DNA of 64,000 nucleotides, taken from the human T2T-CHM13v2.0 reference genome, Homo sapiens. Numbering within the stretch: position 1 is the stretch's first letter; each line of letters begins with the position of its first letter. The position numbers and the translations under genes were made by a program. The stretch is from NCBI RefSeq assembly GCF_009914755.1, contig NC_060933.1, one strand, 5' to 3'. The notes beneath the pieces were generated by a model. It worked only from the letters and a program-made list of their open reading frames with translations. It did not search any database and was not told the DNA's origin. Of this stretch, positions 52,801 through 64,000 are shown in pieces.

Positions 52801-53318
52801 TGTGATGGGAAATAATTGAGTGTCAACTTGATTGGACTGAAGGATGCAAAGTATTATTTCTGGGTGTGTCAGTGAGGGTGTTGTTCAAGGAGGTTAATAT
52901 TTGTGTCAGTGGACTGGGAAAGGCAGACCCACCTCAACCTGGGTGGGCACAATCTAATCAGCTGCTAGCACAGCCAGAATAAAAGCAGGCAGAAGAATAT
53001 GGAAAGACTAGACTGGCTGAGTCTTCCAGCCTACATCTTTCTCCAATACTGTATGCTTCCTGCCCTTGAACATTGGACTCCAACTTCTTCAGCTTTTGGA
53101 CTCTGGGACCTTCAACCACAGACTGATGGCTGCACTGTCAGGTTCCCTACTTTTGAGGTTTTGGGACTCAGACTGGCTTCCTTGCTCCTTAGCTCGTAGA
53201 CAGCCTATTGTGGGACTTCACCTTGTGATCATGTGAGTCAATACTCCCTAACAAACTCCCCTTTATATATACATCTATCCTATTAGTTCTGTCCCTCTAG
53301 AGAACCCTGACTAATAAA
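52801..53318 (+). mobile_element. MLT2A (HERV-L) solo LTR
   Basis: TGTGATGG...GTGTCAACTTGATTGG...CTATTAGTTCTGTCCCTCTAGAGAACCCTGACTAATA. Confidence 0.92.
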
Positions 53319-53662
53319 ATGGGCTAATAAATTGAAAGCAGTCCAACAATCATGACAAAAGAGTGTTGCTTGATGACTTCCTGAAGCTGGAGAGATTCTC
53401 TTTTTCCAGGTATCCAGTTCAACATTTGGCCAACGTTGTGCATGAGTTACAGAGAAGTGATGTAAACCAAATTGCATACAACAAAAAGTCAGAGGAAAAG
53501 CAAATACAACAGGTGTTTTTCCAACCTTCCAGAATGTTGAGTAAGAATGGATAAAATGTTGTGAGTAATGACAAATTCACTTTTTATTCATATTCCAAAA
53601 ATCAAATACTAGACCAGGGTGCTCATGCTTAAAAACATTAAGAGCTCTAACCAAGTCAAGCC

Positions 53663-53775
53663 AGTAACTAGGAATACAGGCACATGCCACCACACCCAGC
53701 TAATTTTAAAAAACCTTTTGTAGAGAAGGGGTCTTGCTATGTTGCCCAAGCTGGTCTTAAACTTCTGGCCTTATG
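53663..53775 (-). mobile_element. AluJ middle fragment without tail or TSD
   Basis: AGTAACTAGGAATACAGGCACATGCCACC...GTTGCCCAAGCTGGTCTTAAACTTCTGGCC. Confidence 0.85.
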
Positions 53776-54359
53776 TGAACCTATAGTGTAATATGACTAC
53801 TGAAAAAAAAGTGTGTCTCATGAGCATGGTGTTGCAAACTCAGGAAGTAATTGACCTATTGTGTTCAGCTCCAAGCAGACAATATCTGGAATGTATGGGA
53901 CCACATTTGAAGAGGAACGTTGGCCAATTGCAAGATAACCTTGAATGAGCAATCAAAATAAAGAAGGGTGAAAATATCAACAATGGAACACATACAGCAC
54001 CATTTATTTCAAAATTGTAGAGGAAGCCTCAGATGAATCTGTGTTACATCATTATACTAAAGGCCAATTTTCTTCAACATCAGTAAAAAGCAATCATTTG
54101 AAAGACAGATAATATGAAGAGTCACTTTGGCTGGCTTAAACTCAGCACCTTGCTCTTGCCTGTAACTCATTGCAATTGCTTCTTCCTTTGGGTAAATAGT
54201 CATTCAGTTATTTTTTTTTTAATTTAACTGAAAATGTAAAAAAAAAAAAATCAACCCTGTTGTCAATCAGACTGTAATAAATAATGTTTCTACGCAAACA
54301 GAGTCAAAGCCACATTAGAGATAAAAAGTTACCTCTGGGAGATTACTATTATTACTTTT

Positions 54360-54659
54360 TTTACCAACGACATCCCAGTCCCATTTTGTTCTTCCTGCTT
54401 CCTCAACAAGAATTTCTCAGATACCAAGTTGCTGAATTGTCCTCACATTCTAATAACATCTAATACAAAACTGGCTCTTGTTTCTCTAGTTTTTCCCTTA
54501 CAGTCACCTAGCCTAAACCCAAATCCTTCAATAAGCCCCTCCAATGCCCTCTTGTTGAGAAACCACGTGCTCTTCCTTACTGCAGCAAGATCAATAAACC
54601 TACACGTGTTTGACTATAGGTGTGTTCCTCGCAGTCTTTGACTAGTAGGCTTCAATACA
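54360..54659 (+). mobile_element. Old ERV LTR fragment (family uncertain)
   Basis: AATAAACC polyA signal followed by TTGACTATAGGTGTGTTCCT...ATACA LTR-like end. Confidence 0.45.
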
Positions 54660-55415
54660 TCAAATATTTATTGAGCATCTACTATGTGCTAGGTACTGTA
54701 CTAGGTGATGAGAGAAAGTAAGGAGTTGATTACAGATAAGAAAATGGAGGAATCTGGGACAATTCCAGAGCAACTGATGACAAGAATGGAAAAAAGAAAT
54801 GAGGAACTAACCCTCATTTCTTGAGCCAACTGTGTACAGGGCAACTAGCCTTCCCTTATCTCCCACTGCAGGTCCCCGCTGGGTAGACACAGACTCTGTA
54901 CCAAGTGGCACAGAATAGGGGTAGACAGCAGCCCCAGGTGGGAACTGTCTTTTAGACTAGGAGCCCTTGACTTGTGTGACCTTTATCGAAAAATGATGAG
55001 TTAGGCCTATTATATTCCTACGTAGGATGTTGAGCTAAAATTCACATAGGCCAGTTCCAGCTGACAATGAAGTCAAACCGACTACGAAGCATTACCCATC
55101 TGTAGAGGGAACTGGGTGGCCATTGTGAACTATCTGCAACTGAAGGAGGAGAAAACAGATCAGCGGACAGTTGAGACTAGAGGTCATGTGCAGAGAGCAT
55201 CAGAGATGTCTTAAGTGAGGTCATGAAGCCCTCAAGAGATAGAGCAGCCTTTTTGTGCAATGATATTCCCATTCACATATGCATGGGGCCCGAATGAACT
55301 TGGGTTCCTGTCTTGAGTCTCATGTGGCCTGTCTTCACAGTTGGTACCCCTTTTGTTGAACTAGCTCTTATTGCCACATTAAGAGCCCTAACCAAGTCAG
55401 GAAAGAACAAGAGAT

Positions 55416-55710
55416 CTTTTCTTTTTTGGGGGCAGGGTCTCACTCTGTCACCCAGGCTGGAGTTCAGTGGTATAATCATGGCACACTGCACCCTTGAATT
55501 CCTGGGCTCAAGTGGCCCTCCCACCTCAGCCTCTCAAGTAGCTAGGACTACAGGCACACGCCACCACACTCAGCTAATTTTTAAACATTTTGTAGAAAAG
55601 TGGTCTTGCTATGTTGCCCAGGCTGGTCTCAAACTTCTGGCCTCAAGCAAACCTCCCCTCTCAGTTTCCCAAAGTGCTGGGATTACAGGTGTGAGCCACC
55701 ACACCCAGCT
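55416..55710 (-). mobile_element. AluJ
   Basis: Full antisense dimer. TSD-like GAGATCTTTT / GAGATTTTTA. Confidence 0.93.
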
Positions 55711-56083
55711 GAGATTTTTAAACATTACAAGACTAGTAATCTAAAAAAAATAAAGGAGAATGAAGGGAAGTAGAGTTCATACAGCACCCTCTGAGTTTAG
55801 CATGGAACCATCCAGGGACCGGAATAGATGATGAAGGCAGGAAGAGGTTGATGGTGGAACTAGTGTCATACTAGATGGTATCAAGCCTCGTTGCTGCCAT
55901 TGTCTTGCTTTTCAAGATGTAGCTTGGGAGTCAGCTCTCTGGGGAAGCCTTCCCTTGCGTCCTCCAGTCTGACATGAGAACTTTCTTCCCATGTTCTGAC
56001 AACACCTTGGTTTACCACCTCAAAGCCCTTACCACTCTGCGTTCTGATTACTAAAATTATTTCTGTCTGAATGTCCTCTAGCC

Positions 56084-56273
56084 CAGTGGTTCTGAACTGG
56101 GGGCAAGTTTGCCCCCTCAAGGGCTACTTCACAATGTCTGGAGGCATTTTGCTTGTCATAACTGGGTGAGGGGAGTTAGTGCTGATAACCATCTAACAGG
56201 ACACAGGACAGCCCTCAACAGCAAAGAATTACCTAGCCAAACATGTTAATAGTGCTGAGTTTGAGAAACCTTG
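56084..56273 (+). mobile_element. MER20
   Basis: CAGTGGTTCTGAACTGGGGGCAAGTTTGCCCCC...AATAGTGCTGAGTTTGAGAAACCTTG. Confidence 0.9.
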
Positions 56274-56394
56274 CTCTAGGTCAGCACTATTACTTTTGGT
56301 GACGATAGAAATGTTCTGTTATGTGTGCTGTCCAATACAGTAGCTGCTGACTGCCTGCAGCTACCATGCACTTCACAAGTGCAGATGAGGAGCT

Positions 56395-56661
56395 TTTTCT
56401 TTTTTTGAGACAGGGTCTCACTCTGTTGCCCAGGCTTGGAGTGCAGGGGTACGATCCCAGCCCCACTGCAGCCTCGACCTCCCAGGCTCAAGCGATCCTC
56501 CCAACTCAGCCTCCCAAGTAGCTGGGACTACAGGCACGTGCCACCATGCTTGACGTATTTTATTTTTATTTTTTGTAGAGATGGGGTCTCCCTGTGTAGC
56601 CCAGGCTCGTCTCAAACTTCTGGGCTCAAATAATCCTCCTGCCTCAGCCTCCCAGAGTGCT
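56395..56661 (-). mobile_element. AluJ (5'-truncated)
   Basis: TTTTTGAGACAGGGTCTCAC...GGCTCAAGCGATCCTCCC. Confidence 0.92.
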
Positions 56662-56690
56662 TTAATTTTTTTTATTTGTATTTAAGTTTA

Positions 56691-57034
56691 CAGTCATGTG
56701 TCACTTAACAATGACAACACATTATGAGAAATGCATCATTAGGTGATTTTTGTCATTGTGAGACCATCCTAGACTGTACTTAAACCTTGATAGTATAGCC
56801 TACTACACACTTAGACTATGCAGTATAGCCTATCGCTACCAGGATACAAATCTGAGCAGCATATTACTGTACTGAACACTGTGAGCAACTGTAACACAAT
56901 GGTAAGCATTTGTGCATCTGAACATATCTCAACCTAGAAAGGTACAGTAAAAATACAGTATCATCATCTTATGGAACCACTATCATATATGTGGTCCTTA
57001 ACTGACGAAAACATCATTATGTGGAGTCTGACTG
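56691..57034 (-). mobile_element. Tigger3a (MER7A/Golem)
   Basis: TA|CAGTCATGTGTCACTTAAC...GAGAAATGCATCATTAGGTGATTT...GACTG termini. Confidence 0.9.
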
Positions 57035-57042
57035 TCATTTGA

Positions 57043-57502
<460 letters not shown>

Positions 57503-57558
57503 TAGATTGGAAGTTTTCTGTGGGCAGGAAACATGCTAACTTGTTCACCTCTCTATTT

Positions 57559-59448
<1,890 letters not shown>

Positions 59449-59557
59449 TTCACCTTTCTATTTCAGATGCCTAGTACAGGGCCTAGTACTAGATAGGTTC
59501 TCAGTATACATGTGTGAAATGAAAGCATAGCCAAAGGATGAATGGCAAGCCAGGGAG

Positions 59558-60110
<553 letters not shown>

Positions 60111-60649
60111 GGGGGTGACAATTTTTCTTGCTGAGTTTGTGTTTAGGTAAAACTTTACTATAATTAGGCAAATAGTTTAAAGTTTTTTTTTCAAAGGACT
60201 TAGGGACCCTAAATTTGGGTGGGCTTAGCCCTGATCTCTTTCCCTGAAAGAGACAGGAAGGAGCAAAGAAACAGTGTAAATCTATCAACCCTGGTTCAGC
60301 CCGTGGTGTTCCTCATGGGACACTGAATTCCACAGTGGCTGCTGGGGTGATGGGCTGCCATGACCTACTCAGGTATAAAGTGGGAGTGAGAAGATCACCA
60401 GGGGCTGGGGACCATGTCCTTAAAATTCTGGACCATGAAACTCTTGGTCCCTGGTCATTTCTAGATATGGTCATTGCTAACCCTCAAATTGTTGTTTTGC
60501 ATAAAAGCGAATGTGTTTTCATAAACAAGAGGGTTTGCTATTTCAAAAACTCAAAGACTCTGCCCTTCTAGCTCAGAAAGCTACCATCCTAAGTCCACCT
60601 CTGATGCTCATGCTCTTTATGCATGAGACCAAAGGACTGTGGCACACTC

Positions 60650-60663
60650 CTGCCACCTGGTGG
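60650..60663 (-). promoter_or_regulatory. Candidate CTCF motif
   Basis: Minus strand reads CCACCAGGTGGCAG, 14/14 to CCASYAGRKGGCRS, in apparently unique sequence. Confidence 0.55.
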
Positions 60664-61092
60664 CAACATATGAAAAGTCATGCAAAGGCTTAACCCTGAG
60701 GTTCTGATTTGGCCAAAACACAAGACAGAAAGAGCATGCTTGGAGACTTGCATTAGTGCAACAAAATTATAAGTTAATAGGACCATAAACCTGGAAAGAA
60801 AAGTAGTGATTACTGAGTTCAACTATCTCAGTTTCCAGATGAGGAAACTAAGGTTTAAAAATACTTTGTGACTCACTTAAAGATATTTCAGAGCCATGGC
60901 CTCATCTTCTCCCATCAAGTGCAATTTCTCCTTTAATCCACCTCTTTAAAAAATTTCCATACTTAGGGCAACTGAAGGCTTGATTAATTGGCAGAATGGT
61001 GAGCAATTAAATACAACTGTAAAATAAACCAAAGGGACTAATTTCTATTACGACTCCTGTTTTGTAATGAGCAAAGGTCTTTGTACATACAC

Positions 61093-61292
61093 TTGCTCAG
61101 AAGTGACAGTTCTGCCAGAGATGGTTTGCAATGAACTTGCTCTTTCAGTTTGAACAGAGATAGACGTGCATCAGCAAAACCAAGTAAGTGATCACTCCTC
61201 TCTATAGGAATAGGATATCACCTTTTCATTTTCATGGATCAAATATGGACTAAATGTTGCTATGTTTTGCTAGCCGCTGTGCTAAGTGCTGG
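61093..61292 (+). repeat. ~200-bp direct repeat, copy 1
   Basis: About 17 differences by eye versus 62436-62636. Confidence 0.95.
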
Positions 61293-61381
61293 GAATACAA
61301 TGAGGAGAAAACCAGAAGAGGTTTTTGCTTTCATGGAGCTCACAGTCTGATAGGGAAGACAGATGAGTTAAAATGCAACTA

Positions 61382-62275
<894 letters not shown>

Positions 62276-62435
62276 TGCTGTGCAAGGTGGTAATGAAAAC
62301 ACTGTATGTGGGACTAGGGATAAGAGTTGAGCTAGGACTGGAGAAGACAGCTGTCAACAGAAACAGAATCAACCATAGTCCCTGGTACTAGACAGGGAGC
62401 AGTGTCTGATGGAGCCAAATTCCAAATGTGGTTGA

Positions 62436-62636
62436 TTGTTCAGAAGTGACAATTCTGCCAGAGATGGTTTGCAATGAACTTGCACTTTCAATTTGAAACA
62501 GAGATGGATGTGCATCAGCAAAATCAAGGAAGTGATCACTCCTCTCTACAGGAATAGGATATCACCTTTTCATTTTCATGGGCCCAATATGGACTAAATA
62601 TTGCTATGTTTTGCTAGCTGCTGTGTAAGGTGCTGG
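62436..62636 (+). repeat. ~200-bp direct repeat, copy 2
   Basis: About 91% identical by eye to 61093-61292. Confidence 0.95.
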
Positions 62637-64000
62637 TGCAGACCAGCCAAGTATACAATGGCTGCACTGCCAGACTGGAGAGTCCAGTGGGAGTTGGCAT
62701 CAAGAAGACCCATACAGCCCATTAGGCTGCTTGGCTATGGGGGGCTGGCCCGTGGCATGCCACGTGCTGGGTGTGGTAGTCACCAGAAATAGACAGAGGG
62801 GCAGAAGGAGGCAGTAGCAGAGGCTGGACCGCTGAGTCCCTGCTTGGGAAGCCCCACAGCCTGGCTGAGGAAGACAGTGTTCATGTACACCCTGCTTCTG
62901 TCGGGATTGGCCCAGGGACTTGCGCTAGGCTGAGCCAGCAGGGAGTGGGGCTGCCGGCACAGGCAGCCTCTGTGGTGAGGGCACCAGCAGGGCCCAGATG
63001 GAAACTCTGACCGTGGTGTTAATTCATTCCTCTGTGGTTTTCTGTTCAGGCAAATACCAGTCTCTTGTGGGTTTGTTTAGCTTAAAGCTATTGGCTGTTG
63101 GGGCTAAGGCTCTACATCCTTGATTTCCAAGTCCCTGATTGGCCAAGTTTAAAGGAAGGGATGATCAAGTTGTTGGCTACTGGGAAGGACATAAAGCTTC
63201 GGAGAGCAGTTGAGGAAACCCTACTAATTTCCCCCCGACCTGAGGTACAACCCGGCCTGGAAATGCATTCTGTCCTGCTCATAATACAACACAAGCGTGT
63301 GAGGTTTCAGGGTAGGCAGTGAGCCTGTGTCCTCTCACATGTCTAATGCAACATCTTCTTGGGGAGAATATTGACTCTTCCAAGTGGAAAGCTGGCCTGG
63401 AGCCTCCTAGGAAAGGTGGCAGATGGAGCTTGGTCGATTCATGATACCATAGCGTCTTGTCCGTTTGTTGGATTGAGTATCCCCTGAAGAACTTTCCACA
63501 CCCAAACCTGCCCTGGGACATTCAGTTCAACCCTCTGCAGTGAACTTTGGCCCAAATAGCAAGAGATTTGCTTCCACCAGGGCTTGGCCACAGACCAGCC
63601 GTGTGACTCTGAGATAATTCTCACTCTGTGACTCAATTTCCTCAGCTACTCTTGAGATAATTTTCAACACTGAAAAGAACAACTATTGCTGTAGCCAGAA
63701 ATAAAAACTAGATATTAGTTATGCTAGATATTAAATGCCATCCAAGAGACAGTAAATTTAAGGGCCCCAAAGTGGTTTCAGGTCTCTGAGAGGAATTTAC
63801 TCCCCAGCTTTGGAGAAGAAGCTAAGTGCTGTCCTTCTATTTCTGTCCTGCATTCAAAAAGTCATAAATAGTTAACTGTGTGAGTCCTTTTTTAAAACCT
63901 CCCAGAAGCATCTAAAAATAGCCTCTGGGGGCTCAATGCATATTTCCTCAGGTCCTCCTCTTAATCTTTCAGTATAGGTGGTGACGATTTATTGTTACTG

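Noticed and set aside
52103-52819. 238-aa ORF, the longest in the window
   Set aside because: Runs across L2/MIR fragments, A-rich simple repeats and into an MLT2A LTR. Composition is not protein-like.

Overview
Primate (very likely human) genomic DNA, intergenic or deep-intronic. It is dominated by interspersed repeats: Alu, L1, L2, MIR, CR1/L3, MaLR/ERVL LTRs, hAT-Charlie and Tigger elements. I can support no intact protein-coding gene. The only gene-derived sequences are two L1-mediated processed pseudogenes. One is a full-length, frameshift-free APIP retrocopy (+, 5041-6214) with two nonsense changes, nested in an MLT1F LTR that is itself inside an L2. The other is a 5'-truncated, more decayed KPNA2 retrocopy (-, 57559-59448) inside an L2 3' end. 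I found no convincing new biological system. The most notable structures are: a ~49-nt G-rich, quadruplex-like minisatellite grown from a Pro-Pro codon pair in the KPNA2 copy; three local duplications not explained by TE insertion, one of them chimeric; multi-layer TE nests with readable TSDs; a twin-primed L1; a convergent CTCF motif pair; and a candidate 15-nt microexon next to a POU/E-box cluster. Repeat subfamily names come from remembered consensus sequences and need RepeatMasker/Dfam confirmation. Boundaries of old repeats are approximate, and many small MIR/L2 fragments are not listed.
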